A DNA stretch of 53,748 nt from an uncultured Gammaproteobacteria bacterium (GCA_963792545.1 CAWBXM010000130.1:1-53748), one strand, 5' to 3'; shown: positions 34,141 through 44,587, counted from the first letter of the stretch. Program-made: numbers and translations. Notes: generated by a model from the sequence alone, not told the origin.

Positions 34141-35617
34141 GTGCGTCGAATCGTGACGAGTATTGTTAAACGTATTGTAAGCACGCTTTTGCACGGTATT
34201 GTCGGTGCATTTATTGTGCTCCTTATTATCGGAGTTGTTTATCTTGACAGCCGTCCCGATCTTAAAGTGTGGCACACTGCCGAGCTGGATGCCGAGTTTA
34301 CTGTCGACTCACCAGTGCATAGTTTTGAAGATTATCTGGCGCTTGAAGATCGGCTTTTTACGCAACTGGATAAACTTGTCTACCAGCGTTTAGAGCCACA
34401 GGATAAACAGAACCTCAATCGCTATTACCGGGACAGCCGTTCCGATCCCAGCCGTTGGCCTAGAAACTGGAACCGAAGTTTTACTTTGTCTAACGACAAC
34501 GCACGTGTCGGTGTACTGTTGCTGCATGGCATGTCAGATTCCCCCTACAGTCTGCATAATCTGGGCGAAACTCTGCATTCTTCAGGAGCATGGGTGACAG
34601 GCTTACGCGTGCCTGGACATGGTACGGCACCTTCCGGATTGACCAGCGTGGAGATGGAGGATATGGTGGCTGCGGTGGAACTGGCAATGCGCCATATGCG
34701 AAAAAAGCTGGGTGACAAACCCATCTATATCGTCGGCTATTCAACGGGTGGCGCTCTGGCAGTTAACTATGCTCTTTCGGCATTGCAAAATTCCGACTTG
34801 CCTGTGGCCAAAGGATTGATACTAATGTCGCCTGCAATCGGTGTTACGCCGGCAGCCAGACTGGCGGTATGGCAGGCGCGTCTTGGCCATCTGCTCGGGC
34901 TCAATAAGCTGGAATGGAACGTTATCATGCCCGAGTTTGATTCATTCAAATACGGCTCATTTGCGGTGAATGCAGGAGACCTGGTTTATCGTCTGACGGT
35001 GGCTATTCAGGAAAAGTTTAATACCCTTGACCCGCAACAACTCAGAGAATTTCCACCAGTACTGGCGTTTCAGTCAGCAGTGGATGCCACGGTGGAGGCC
35101 CCGGACCTGGTTCTATCACCTGTTCGAGCGGCTGCCGGCGCATGGACACGAACTGGTGCTTTTCGATATCAACCGACTTAGCGAAGTTAAATCTATTCTG
35201 GCAAGGGATCCTGGTCCGGCCATACAGGCCCTGTTACAAATGCCAGACCTGGAATTTTCCATTTCCGTTCTGACCAATGAAAACCCGGAAAGTAAACAGC
35301 TTGTTATACGACACAGGGCAGCAGGAGAGGAAGCAATAAACACCGAATCAACGCAATATGTCTGGCCAGATAATTTATATTCCCTTTCACATATCGCATT
35401 ACCAACACCAGAGGATGATCCTCTTTATGGTGGGCCGACGGCAAAACGGAACATGGGCGAGCTAAAACTAGGGGCACTGGCGTTGCGCGGTGAGCGCGGC
35501 GTATTACAGGTGTCACCGGACTATATGTTGCGTCAGCACTGGAATCCGTTTTATCCTTATCTTGAACAACGCGTGCTGGACTTTGTTCATCTGCCGGCGC
35601 ATTCTGCAGAGGATTGA
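34141..35617 (+). pseudogene. Membrane-anchored alpha/beta-hydrolase, split by a frameshift near 35105-35115
   Basis: ORF 34141..35181 has a TM anchor, LLLHGMSDSPYS and the nucleophile elbow GYSTGG. ORF 35027..35617 continues in the +1 frame from about FYHLFERLPAHGHELVLFDINRLSE. The tails ...LSPVRAAAGAWTRTGAFRYQPT and MTRNNSENFHQYWRFSQQ... look like out-of-frame read-through. GTG start with GGGGAG upstream. Confidence 0.7.
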
Positions 35618-35763
35618 TGTTATTACTAGAAGCGGCTAGTAGTGCTAACTGCAGAGTGTGCTGGTAAAATTGATCCTGGCCGTTTCTCTCCAATAAAATC
35701 ACATCTGGTGAGCAATACGGCTAACACGCTAATATAAGCAAAATAACTAATGAGGGTATTTTT

Positions 35764-36531
35764 ATGTTTAAACAGATACTGGTAGTTTTTTTCATCACGC
35801 TGTCATTCACGGTTAATGCATCAGACCTTGCTAAAGAAAAGCGTTGGTCCGATCAGGTCGTCGATGCCATTATCGATGGTGATGCAGTCTGGCTCAATGA
35901 TGGTAGCCATGATTTTCTTAGTATCTATACTGAGGCTGAAACTGATAAAAATCGTGCTGTCATTATCATGCACGGTACCGGTATTCATCCAGACTGGCAG
36001 CAGGTGATTCAACCATTGCGTGTTGGCCTGATCGAGCATGACTGGAATACACTTTCGATCCAGATGCCGATACTGGCAAACGAAGCTGAGTATGCTGATT
36101 ATGCACCGCTATACGAAGAGGTTGCGCCGCGTATTAATGCAGCCATTAAGATGCTTAAAGATAAAGGTCAGCAGACTATCGTTTTGATCGGCCACAGTCA
36201 GGGCGCAGCCATGGCCGCATATTATCTTGCTAATACCAAGCAGAAGATGAATGGGTTTGTTGCAATCGGTATGGCGTCATTTGCAGACGATCCGCGTATG
36301 AACAGTATTAAAGCACTGGAGAATATACATGTGCCGGTGCTGGATCTGTACGCAGATGAAGATCTAGATACTATCCTCAGCTCTGCAGACCAGCGTGTAA
36401 GTGCTGCAAAAAAGGCGGCTAACTCAAAATATACGCAACTTCAGATAAAGGGAAATCACTTCTATGATGACCAGAATGAAGCGCTGCTTGAGGCAGTTGC
36501 CAACTGGCTGGAAAAAGTTAATGCCCGCTAA
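35764..36531 (+). CDS. Secreted alpha/beta-hydrolase-fold protein (DUF3530-like)
   Basis: Signal peptide, IIMHGTG and the nucleophile elbow GHSQGA. Confidence 0.6.
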   Translation: MFKQILVVFFITLSFTVNASDLAKEKRWSDQVVDAIIDGDAVWLNDGSHDFLSIYTEAETDKNRAVIIMHGTGIHPDWQQVIQPLRVGLIEHDWNTLSIQMPILANEAEYADYAPLYEEVAPRINAAIKMLKDKGQQTIVLIGHSQGAAMAAYYLANTKQKMNGFVAIGMASFADDPRMNSIKALENIHVPVLDLYADEDLDTILSSADQRVSAAKKAANSKYTQLQIKGNHFYDDQNEALLEAVANWLEKVNAR

Positions 36532-36540
36532 CCACCTCTA

Positions 36541-36640
36541 CTAAAAAACTTTTAAAGCTATAGTCCGCGAAGAATACAAAAGATGCAAATAAAAACTTTT
36601 TGTTTTTTCGTGTCTTTTGTATTCTTCGCGGACAGCATTA
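36541..36640. repeat. Hairpin repeat with a CACAGAG-type leader but a different stem
   Basis: Leader taaaaaacttttaaagctatag. Perfect 21-bp arms gtccgcgaagaatacaaaaga (36563-36583) and tcttttgtattcttcgcggac (36613-36633). Confidence 0.85.
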
Positions 36641-36859
36641 GTAACTTTTGTCAAAGCTGAAAAAACAGGTGCATGGCTAGTTACCAAATGTCAGGTTTAC
36701 ATCTAAACAGGTATATTCTAAAGTTCTCTTTCGTCTGCTTGCCCTAAGTAAGTGAACTCAATCAGTCTGCTTTAATCGATAATGCTCAGGAAATATAACA
36801 GATGATTCAAACAGGTTTGACCTGAGTGAGAAAGGGTGTTTATACTTCCTCTATTTACC

Positions 36860-37441
36860 ATGGATCTACTTATGTTAAACACACTGCGCATATTACTTTT
36901 TTCCCTTTTTGTCATGATACCCCTGTCGGCAGTGCATGCTGACGAATATCAGGACACAATCGATATTTTCAAAAAAGCCGGGGAAAGCAACGATTTTTTC
37001 GGCAATAGTTATGGCTTTGCCGTATTTCCTACCATCGGTAAAGGTGGCTTTGTTATCGGCGGCGCTTATGGCGAAGGACATGTCTATGAACAGGACACGT
37101 ATGTCGGCGACACGTCCATGATCCAGGTTAGTATTGGTTTTCAACTGGGTGGCCAGGCCTTCAGCCAGATTATCTTTTTCGAAGACAAACGTGCCTTTGA
37201 TGAATTTACCAGTGGTAACTTCGAGTTTGGCGCAGACGCTGCTGTAGTGGCAATCACAGCCGGCGCTAACGCTTCGACCTCGACTACCGGCAGCTCAGCG
37301 GGTGCCAGTGGTGGCAAAAACAATGCGAGTATAAGCGCAGCCGGCTATTACAAGGGTATGGCTATTTTCTCTGTGGCTAAAGGCGGCCTGATGTTCCAGG
37401 CGGCGGTTGCAGGACAGAAGTTCGACTACACACCGAAGTAA
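36860..37441 (+). CDS. SYLF (Ysc84/DUF500) lipid-binding-domain protein with signal peptide
   Basis: FAVFPTIGKGGFVIGGAYGEGHVYE ... IGFQLGGQAFSQIIFF ... FGADAAVVA matches the SYLF/COG2930 pattern. The start is ATG 36860 or 36872. Confidence 0.7.
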   Translation: MDLLMLNTLRILLFSLFVMIPLSAVHADEYQDTIDIFKKAGESNDFFGNSYGFAVFPTIGKGGFVIGGAYGEGHVYEQDTYVGDTSMIQVSIGFQLGGQAFSQIIFFEDKRAFDEFTSGNFEFGADAAVVAITAGANASTSTTGSSAGASGGKNNASISAAGYYKGMAIFSVAKGGLMFQAAVAGQKFDYTPK

Positions 37442-37443
37442 GG

Positions 37444-37481
37444 TGTAAGGGTGACAGATTTAAATCTGTCACCCTTACACG
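37444..37481 (+). terminator. Strong 17-bp hairpin after the SYLF gene (no clear T-run)
   Basis: gtgtaagggtgacagat-ttaa-atctgtcacccttacac. Confidence 0.5.
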
Positions 37482-37509
37482 AAGCGATCAAAAATACTTG
37501 ACTACTACC

Positions 37510-37700
37510 AAAAACTTTAAAAGCGACTCACCACAGATTAGGGCACGCCTACATGGATGTAGGTGGTAGAGCAAAGCAGGAGCAATTGCCGAGAGCACCC
37601 GTAAGTTCGATTCCAGGGAAGGAATCGGTAGAGTCGAGTCTGGAATAGAGACCGAGAGCAACGCATAACACTATGGGTGGTGTGTAGTAGGGTAATTCAG
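37510..37700. repeat. Half element: hairpin-family leader + one arm unit fused to dispersed mosaic motifs
   Basis: aaaaactttaaaagcgactca-ccacagat (37510-37538). cctacatggatgtagg (37549-37564) is 15/16 identical to the reverse complement of 50233-50248. 37621-37662 is about 36/42 identical to 29580-29621. There is no matching right arm. Confidence 0.7.
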
Positions 37701-37838
37701 GAACAATTATATGTACTGAAAAAAATAGAGTGTAGATATGTGCCATAAAAAAACACAGGTCTCGTAACTAGAAAACGACTGGTTGCTATCGTAGATAAAC
37801 AAAGACACTCACAAACAAATTTTTTGAAGGATAATCTA

Positions 37839-39122
37839 ATGACCCGTTTAAGTATTTTACTCTCGACTGCACTAACCCTGCTGTTTACTGCCACCTCTGC
37901 CTTTTCCGGCGGACTCTACCTGTCTGAGATAGGAACGCCAGTTAGCCTCGGCACAGCCGGTGTCGGCAATGTTGTTAACGACGTGTCCGCTGATGCCGCA
38001 TTTACCAATCCGGCCGGAATGACCGGCATAAGACAGGATTCAATGCTTGCTGGAATACAGGTGGCTATCCCATCGGTCCGTTTTGATTCAGACATCGCCG
38101 AAGCTGGTGGCAGTGACGGCGGCAATTCCGGTAATGTTGCCGCGATTCCTTCCTTCTTTATGGTGAAAAAACTCGCCAATGACTTCAGTGTTGGTTTTTC
38201 CTTAACCGCACCACTGGGGGGCGGGGTTGATTACGGCGACGACTTCGTTGGCCGCTATCAAGCACACAAAGCGACTTTAGCCGGCGTGGGGATAAGCACC
38301 TCTGCCGCTTACAAAGTAAACGATCAATGGTCCGTTGGTGTCGGGGTTACCGCCCTGTATTCGGTCATGGAGTCAGAGACGGCTATCAAGCAGGAAGATC
38401 TCGCTGGAAATCCTCTGCCTGACGGTAACCTGAATATGGACAAGATTGATGACTGGGCTCCCCAGTACTTTGCCGGTCTGACCTTTGCGCCGAACAATAA
38501 GACCCTGATCGGCCTGCTCTATCGTAGTAAGGCGGACATTAAGCTAGAAGGTGACCTGAAAATTACGAACCTTTCAAATCCGATTGCCAGCAACATTGCC
38601 TCCAATCTTGATAGCGTTTCCGCGGATCTCACCTACGCGCAGCTGCTTTCTGTTGGCGTGAGATATCAGGCAACGGATCAACTGACGCTGATGATGGATG
38701 CCGACTGGGAAGACTGGTCTGAACTCGGTAAGGAGCGGATCTCAATTAGCGGTCTGCCGTCAGGCCCAATTGTCCAGTATGCCGATTATAAGTGGAAGGA
38801 CACTTACCATATCGGCGCTGCCGCTTTATACCGCCTGGGTGGAGGTCAAAAATTCATCGCTGCTGGTTTAGGTTACGATAGCTCACCGGTCGATGACAAA
38901 GACCGAACATTTCTATTGCCGATGGACGAGCAGCTTAAATTCGGACTGTCTTACGGCCGAGATAAAGTTCCCGGTAGCAATTTTTCCTATTCAGTCGGTA
39001 CCTCATTTACCTGGCTCGGCAATGGAAAAGTCGATCAGACTTCACAGGGAGCCCGAACCAAAGGTGAGTTCGACACCAACCTCATTGTGTTCATCGGTGG
39101 TACTTTCAGGTATGAGTTTTAG
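37839..39122 (+). CDS. FadL/OmpP1/TodX-family outer-membrane transport protein
   Basis: Signal peptide MTRLSILLSTALTLLFTATSAFS, N-terminal GGLYLSEIGTP hatch-like segment, beta-barrel pattern and C-terminal F. ATG 37839 has AAGGA upstream. Confidence 0.8.
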   Translation: MTRLSILLSTALTLLFTATSAFSGGLYLSEIGTPVSLGTAGVGNVVNDVSADAAFTNPAGMTGIRQDSMLAGIQVAIPSVRFDSDIAEAGGSDGGNSGNVAAIPSFFMVKKLANDFSVGFSLTAPLGGGVDYGDDFVGRYQAHKATLAGVGISTSAAYKVNDQWSVGVGVTALYSVMESETAIKQEDLAGNPLPDGNLNMDKIDDWAPQYFAGLTFAPNNKTLIGLLYRSKADIKLEGDLKITNLSNPIASNIASNLDSVSADLTYAQLLSVGVRYQATDQLTLMMDADWEDWSELGKERISISGLPSGPIVQYADYKWKDTYHIGAAALYRLGGGQKFIAAGLGYDSSPVDDKDRTFLLPMDEQLKFGLSYGRDKVPGSNFSYSVGTSFTWLGNGKVDQTSQGARTKGEFDTNLIVFIGGTFRYEF

Positions 39123-39246
39123 GCAAGGGCAGCGTATTCGGTTGCTGTAGAGTAAATGCGGGTGAACAGCTAACCAGTGGTTGCAGCGAACGGCTCTTGC
39201 GAGCCGTTGCTTAACCGGGTCTTGAGTGTCCGGTTTTATTAGAGCG

Positions 39247-42200
39247 CTACAGTTTTGACTGTAACCAGTTTTCTATACTTTGCCAGTTATCCGGCTTGCT
39301 GATGTGATAACCCTGAACCATGTCACAATCCATCTGTTTCAGACTCTGAAGGGTCTCTTCATCTTCAACACCTTCAGCAATAACTTTTAGATTTAAATTA
39401 TGAGCAAGCGTTATCGTTGAACGTACGATTATTTTATCCTGCTCACTACGCAGCATATCGGTAACAAATACACTATCAATCTTCAATGCATCGATAGGTA
39501 ATTCACGGAGATAAGACAGGGAAGAATAACCCGTTCCAAAATCATCGATGGATAATTTTACGCCCAGGTCTGACAGTTTTTTCAATAGCGCAACGGCACC
39601 TTTCGGATCATGCATCAATGCTGTTTCAGTTATCTCCAACTCCAGCATGCCAGGCTCAGCCTGGTAATGAAGTAACATCTGTTCAAGCTTATTTGCACAG
39701 CGATCGTCAATAAGGTTACGTGCCGACAGATTAACCGCAACTGAAAAATGATGGCCTGCCTGCCGCCATCGCTGTTGTTGCGCAAGCGCCATCTCCAGTA
39801 CATTCTCCGTTAAGCTATGTATCGCATCACTGACTTCAGCTAACGGGATGAATCTATCTGGAAACAGTAAGCCGAGCTGTGGATGCTGCCATCGTACCAG
39901 TGCTTCGAACCCTGTTATTTCATTAGAGGCCAGATTGATCTTGGGCTGGTAATGAAGTAATAACTGACCATCACGGATGGCGCTGCCAAGCTCAGCGATC
40001 AGAGCAAGACGCTCTGGTGTGTGAATATCATCAGTTCGGTCATAAAGTAAGATACCAGCACCGCGGCGCTTGGCTTCGTACATGGCTACATCTGCAGAGC
40101 GTAACAGTGCATGACTATCTTTACCGTTAGCAGGGTAAAGTGAGATGCCGATACTCGCATCTGCCTCCAGGATCATCGAATCAATCGCGTACGGCTGACG
40201 TATGCTTTTGAGTATATCTTCGGCGATCTGCATGATTTCACTGATGACAGAAATATTATAGATAAGCACGGTGAACTCATCGCCACCGAGTCGACTGACC
40301 TGAGCCTGGTAACCATCGGTACAGCCACTAATCCTCGGGCCAATCTGTTGCAACAGTTTATCGCCGATGTGGTGGCCCACTGTGTCGTTAATCTCTTTGA
40401 ACCGGTCAAGATCGATAAGCAGCAGCGCGGCACAGTCGCATGTGTTATTAACCAGGTTCGTTTTGAACTCTTCATGTAATAAAGTGCGATTAGGTAAGCC
40501 GGTAAGGGAATCATGATGCGCCATAAACTCGAGTTCTTTCATGTGCTGGGCATTTGTCAGCGATAATGACATGGTCTTACCGATGGCTTCTAACGTTCTC
40601 TGTTCATCGATACTAAAAATATGCCGGTCATCATAGATAAGATTAAGGCTGCCTAATGCTTTGCCCTGGTAGATAAGTGGTATCACCGCACCGGAATTCA
40701 TGCCCGTGGTCAGCAGTATTTTTTGCATGGTCTTTTCGAGTCGATTATCGTTTGAGAAATCCTCGCTGACAATCATCTGCCCCTGTTCCAGGGCCAGCCC
40801 GCTCAGGCTGCCTTTTATAGGAAGCGTCTGACCGGTCTTGATAGTATTCTCATCAAAACCGTGATAACTGACCAGTCGGAGCCTGGCTTCTAACTCATCC
40901 AGCAGATAGATAGCGACATGCGGTGTATCTGATAGACTCAGCAGGGTTGCCAGTGTTTCTTTGATGATGTTTTCGACAGAAAGACTGCCATGCAGTCTGC
41001 TGGATAATTCATTGATCAGTCTTAGATTTTCATTCTGTGCGACTAATTCTTCTCTGGACTCTTTAAGTTTCTGTTCGGTTATTTTTCGTTCGCTGATATC
41101 ACGCACTGTAGCCAGCAGATGCGCAACCCCCTCTATATCGAGGGCATTCAGGGTGACTTCTGCCTCAAAAGGTGTGTAGTCATACTTCAGGTGTTGCCAT
41201 TCAAAAACCTGGGTTTCACCGGATAATGCTGCAGTTATTTTTTCCAGCGCTTTTTCCTGTGACGATCTGCCATCAGGTTGATATTCAGGAGAGTAGCGAT
41301 AAGGCGTCTGATTGATTATCTGTTCTTTGCTGCAACCGAAGATAGTTAATGTTGCCGGGTTACAGTCGACGAAAAGATCTTCTCTCATGAGAAAAATGCC
41401 GTCTCCGGCACTATCGAATAACAGGTGATGACGTCTTTCTTCTTCTCGTAAAGCGCGTTTCGTTAATACCCTGTCGGTTATGTCGATAGCGATTCCCAGA
41501 AAACCGCTGATCTCTCCGTCATCATTATGCAGCGCGGTTACTGACAACAGCACCGGAAGTTGGCTGCCGTCTTTTCGTATGTAAGTCCATTCGCGTTCTT
41601 CAACAATTCCCCGACGGGCCTTAGTGACAAAAACCTCAAAACCCGGTGCGATCGTTTCACCCAGTTCAAGTGATAACTGCTCGGCGCGATGCTTAACTTC
41701 ATGAACATCATGAAAAGCCGCTGGCGTTAATTTATCGATCATCTCATCGCGAGAGTAACCTAGCATTCTACTCGCTGCTTTATTCGTGGCGCGGATTACG
41801 CCTTCGGTGTCAGTTGTAATTATGCTGTAATTGGCAGCATCAAACGTTGCCTGCTGAAGTGCGCTCAATTCACGGTAAAAAACTTCCTGCTGGTGGATGT
41901 TTTCATGCACCAGTCGCTGCGAGATAAGGTCAGCGATAGATATTGCAAAACGTTTCTCATGCTCGTTCCACAGGCGCTGACCGCCGGTATGTTCGATGCA
42001 TAAAACACCCTTCAGCTGACCCGCCATATGCAGGGCTACGTGAAGCAGCGAATCGATATCGCTATTCTTCAGGTGTTTATCAGCTAATGCTTGTGTCCGA
42101 TTATCCGTATAGGCATCGACGGCATCGATAATGCGATGCTGATTCAGTGCTTCAAAATAGGTCGGCAGATCTGCAAACAATAATTCATCATAATCATGTT

Positions 42201-42438
42201 GTCTGTCGACACTGTCATCAAAATAGTTTAGTAATTTAAGACCGCTGCCATGACCATTCAACACCCATACACAGACTCGGCTGGCGTGCACGGTATGAAA
42301 AAGATGCCCGACTATTTCGTCGATGGCAACATCGAGCGGTTCTTCCCATAATGACCAGTTTCGAGAAAGCTTCAGATATACCGCATCGAGGGTGGCGGAC
42401 GATAGATTCGATGGTGTGATGTGATTATTTTCAGACAT
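39247..42438 (-). CDS. GAF-PAS-PAS-GAF-GGDEF-EAL cyclic-di-GMP signalling protein
   Basis: RLGGDEF (GGDEF), EALVRW and DDFGTGYSSLSYL (EAL), and two PAS-like blocks. 1063 aa. Confidence 0.85.
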   Translation of the reverse strand: MSENNHITPSNLSSATLDAVYLKLSRNWSLWEEPLDVAIDEIVGHLFHTVHASRVCVWVLNGHGSGLKLLNYFDDSVDRQHDYDELLFADLPTYFEALNQHRIIDAVDAYTDNRTQALADKHLKNSDIDSLLHVALHMAGQLKGVLCIEHTGGQRLWNEHEKRFAISIADLISQRLVHENIHQQEVFYRELSALQQATFDAANYSIITTDTEGVIRATNKAASRMLGYSRDEMIDKLTPAAFHDVHEVKHRAEQLSLELGETIAPGFEVFVTKARRGIVEEREWTYIRKDGSQLPVLLSVTALHNDDGEISGFLGIAIDITDRVLTKRALREEERRHHLLFDSAGDGIFLMREDLFVDCNPATLTIFGCSKEQIINQTPYRYSPEYQPDGRSSQEKALEKITAALSGETQVFEWQHLKYDYTPFEAEVTLNALDIEGVAHLLATVRDISERKITEQKLKESREELVAQNENLRLINELSSRLHGSLSVENIIKETLATLLSLSDTPHVAIYLLDELEARLRLVSYHGFDENTIKTGQTLPIKGSLSGLALEQGQMIVSEDFSNDNRLEKTMQKILLTTGMNSGAVIPLIYQGKALGSLNLIYDDRHIFSIDEQRTLEAIGKTMSLSLTNAQHMKELEFMAHHDSLTGLPNRTLLHEEFKTNLVNNTCDCAALLLIDLDRFKEINDTVGHHIGDKLLQQIGPRISGCTDGYQAQVSRLGGDEFTVLIYNISVISEIMQIAEDILKSIRQPYAIDSMILEADASIGISLYPANGKDSHALLRSADVAMYEAKRRGAGILLYDRTDDIHTPERLALIAELGSAIRDGQLLLHYQPKINLASNEITGFEALVRWQHPQLGLLFPDRFIPLAEVSDAIHSLTENVLEMALAQQQRWRQAGHHFSVAVNLSARNLIDDRCANKLEQMLLHYQAEPGMLELEITETALMHDPKGAVALLKKLSDLGVKLSIDDFGTGYSSLSYLRELPIDALKIDSVFVTDMLRSEQDKIIVRSTITLAHNLNLKVIAEGVEDEETLQSLKQMDCDMVQGYHISKPDNWQSIENWLQSKL

Positions 42439-42597
42439 GACTAAAAGGGTATGATTCCATTAGACTTAATATAACTCAGATTCTGGAATAATGATAAAAA
42501 TCGCCCGTATTCTTAAGATATATCGATAGGGTTATGTCCGATTTATCGGGCTTCTGCTACACTGCGCCGTTTTACTATACCTTAAAAGAGTTCAACC

Positions 42598-44124
42598 ATG
42601 TTTCGACTTGGATGTGAAAGCCGCGTCTGCGCGCAAAGTGAAATCCTGTCCGGATTGACGGTCGCACTGGCACTGGTGCCAGAAGCTGTGGCATTTGCTT
42701 TTGTGGCTGGCGTTGATCCACTGGTGGGTCTGTATGCAGCTTTTATGGTGGGTTTGCTGGCGTCTATTTTTGGTGGCCGCCCGGGTATGATTTCTGGTGC
42801 TACCGGTGCTATGGCAGTGGTGATGGTCTCACTGGTTGCCGATCATGGTGTGGAATTTCTATTTGCGGCGGTAGTGCTCACCGGTTTGATCCAGATTCTG
42901 GCAGGTGTACTGAAGCTGGGTAAATTTATCCGTATCGTGCCACATCCGGTCATGCTGGGGTTTGTGAATGGTCTGGCTATCGTCATATTTCTGGCGCAGA
43001 TGCAAAACTTTCAGGTCGAGGTTAACGGTACGAGTGAATGGATGAGTGGTCAGCCACTGATGATCTTCGGCGGACTGATCATACTGACTATGGCGATCAT
43101 TCGATATCTGCCCAGGCTTACCACTGTTATACCTTCTTCGTTGGCTGCAATTTTAACTGTCTCGTTGCTGGTCATCTTTTTCAACATCGATACCAAGACA
43201 GTAGGTGACCTTGCATCGATCAAAGGTGGCTTGCCGCAGTTTCATATTCCCGAAGTGGCTTTCAATCTGGAAACGCTGAAGATAATTTTCCCTTACTCAA
43301 TAATACTGGCGGCTATCGGCCTGATCGAGTCATTACTGACCCTGTCATTGATCGATGAAGTAACTAATACTCGTGGCCGCGGTAATCGTGAATGCGTGGG
43401 CCAGGGCATCGCTAATACGGTTACCGGCATGTTTGGTGGCATGGGTGGTTGTGCGATGATCGGTCAAAGTATTATCAATGTGAACTCTGGTGGCCATAAA
43501 CGCCTGTCAGGTGTTTCTGCTGCTCTGTTCCTGCTGGCATTTATATTGTTTGCTTCCAGTCTGATCGAACAGATCCCGATGGCCGCACTGGTGGCTGTGA
43601 TGTTTATCGTTGTTATGGGTACGTTCGAGTGGTCCAGTTTTCGAATTTTCAATAAGATTCCACGGCATGATGCGTTTGTACTGGTGCTGGTTTCAGGTGT
43701 GACGGTAGCAACAGATCTGGCAATAGCTGTTATTGTTGGAGTCATCGTTTCTGCGCTGGTATTTGCCTGGGAAAATGCCAAACATATCCATGTGGAATCC
43801 TATCTCGATGAGAAAGGCTCTAAAATTTATGAGTTAAACGGGCCGTTATTTTTTGGTTCGGTTAAAAACTTTCGTGATTTATTTACGCCAGATGATGACC
43901 CGGACGATGTCATTATCGAATTTCAAAACTCGAGAGTTGCTGATCATTCGGCGATCGAGGCGATTGATTCGCTTGCCGAGCAGTATATAAAAGCGGGTAA
44001 GAAGCTACACCTTCGTCATCTCTCTGCAGAATGTACACAGTTGTTAGATAAGGCCGGTGACCTGGTTGAGGTAAATCGGCTGGAAGATCCTGATTACCAT
44101 GTCGCGGATGATAAGCTGGCATAA
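42598..44124 (+). CDS. SulP-family anion transporter with C-terminal STAS domain
   Basis: [24 protein letters not shown] and other SulP TM motifs. STAS-like C-terminus ([11 protein letters not shown] ... HLRHLS). Confidence 0.8.
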   Translation: MFRLGCESRVCAQSEILSGLTVALALVPEAVAFAFVAGVDPLVGLYAAFMVGLLASIFGGRPGMISGATGAMAVVMVSLVADHGVEFLFAAVVLTGLIQILAGVLKLGKFIRIVPHPVMLGFVNGLAIVIFLAQMQNFQVEVNGTSEWMSGQPLMIFGGLIILTMAIIRYLPRLTTVIPSSLAAILTVSLLVIFFNIDTKTVGDLASIKGGLPQFHIPEVAFNLETLKIIFPYSIILAAIGLIESLLTLSLIDEVTNTRGRGNRECVGQGIANTVTGMFGGMGGCAMIGQSIINVNSGGHKRLSGVSAALFLLAFILFASSLIEQIPMAALVAVMFIVVMGTFEWSSFRIFNKIPRHDAFVLVLVSGVTVATDLAIAVIVGVIVSALVFAWENAKHIHVESYLDEKGSKIYELNGPLFFGSVKNFRDLFTPDDDPDDVIIEFQNSRVADHSAIEAIDSLAEQYIKAGKKLHLRHLSAECTQLLDKAGDLVEVNRLEDPDYHVADDKLA

Positions 44125-44156
44125 GCTTTAGGGTGTGGACTATCGTCGGTGCGTGA

Positions 44157-44522
44157 TTAATTAGCGCCACAGGAAAACGACCAGTCATCAACAAACTGTT
44201 TGATGGTTTCGATAAACTCGGCATCATGTTGTTTTTTGTTTATGGTGCAATGAATAAGGATCGTGTTTGTATCTTCATCCGTGGTTATGGTCCAGGCGAG
44301 TGCGTTAGGGCAGTGTGGCAGTGAGAAACGGATACCGTTTTCCAGTTGCTCACGGTTGACTTCAAATTCACCCCATACGCAGTAAATAGTGCCGCTGTTT
44401 TTTTTATCCAGGATGACAGTATCAATAGAGCCGCATAGGAGTGGTAACTGCTCGATGCTCAGTTGTTCTTTTAAACTATTTTTATTTAGTCCGGTGTTTT
44501 CTATCTCTGAAAAAAATTCCAC
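44157..44522 (-). CDS. Hypothetical protein
   Basis: 121-aa ORF with no recognisable motif. Its position and composition are consistent with coding. Confidence 0.45.
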   Translation of the reverse strand: MEFFSEIENTGLNKNSLKEQLSIEQLPLLCGSIDTVILDKKNSGTIYCVWGEFEVNREQLENGIRFSLPHCPNALAWTITTDEDTNTILIHCTINKKQHDAEFIETIKQFVDDWSFSCGAN

Positions 44523-44562
44523 GGTTCTAACTCGTTTTTGTATTAAAAAGTATCCATTGCAT

Positions 44563-44587
44563 AAAAAAGACCGGTCGATGACCAGCC
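44563..44587 (-). terminator. Putative rho-independent terminator (minus strand)
   Basis: On the minus strand: ggctggtc-atc-gaccggtc (8 bp including 2 G-U pairs) followed by tttttt. Confidence 0.5.

Noticed and set aside
37580-37615. tRNA or tRNA-like gene suggested by gttcgattcc (T-loop-like) and gtagagca (D-arm-like).
   Set aside because: The flanks of ttcgatt cannot form a T-stem (gtaag against ccagg). No acceptor stem or anticodon arm can be drawn.
37745-37775. FadR-type operator upstream of the FadL-family gene (gagacctgtgtt on the minus strand).
   Set aside because: Only one half-site resembles the consensus (roughly 9-10 of 17 positions).
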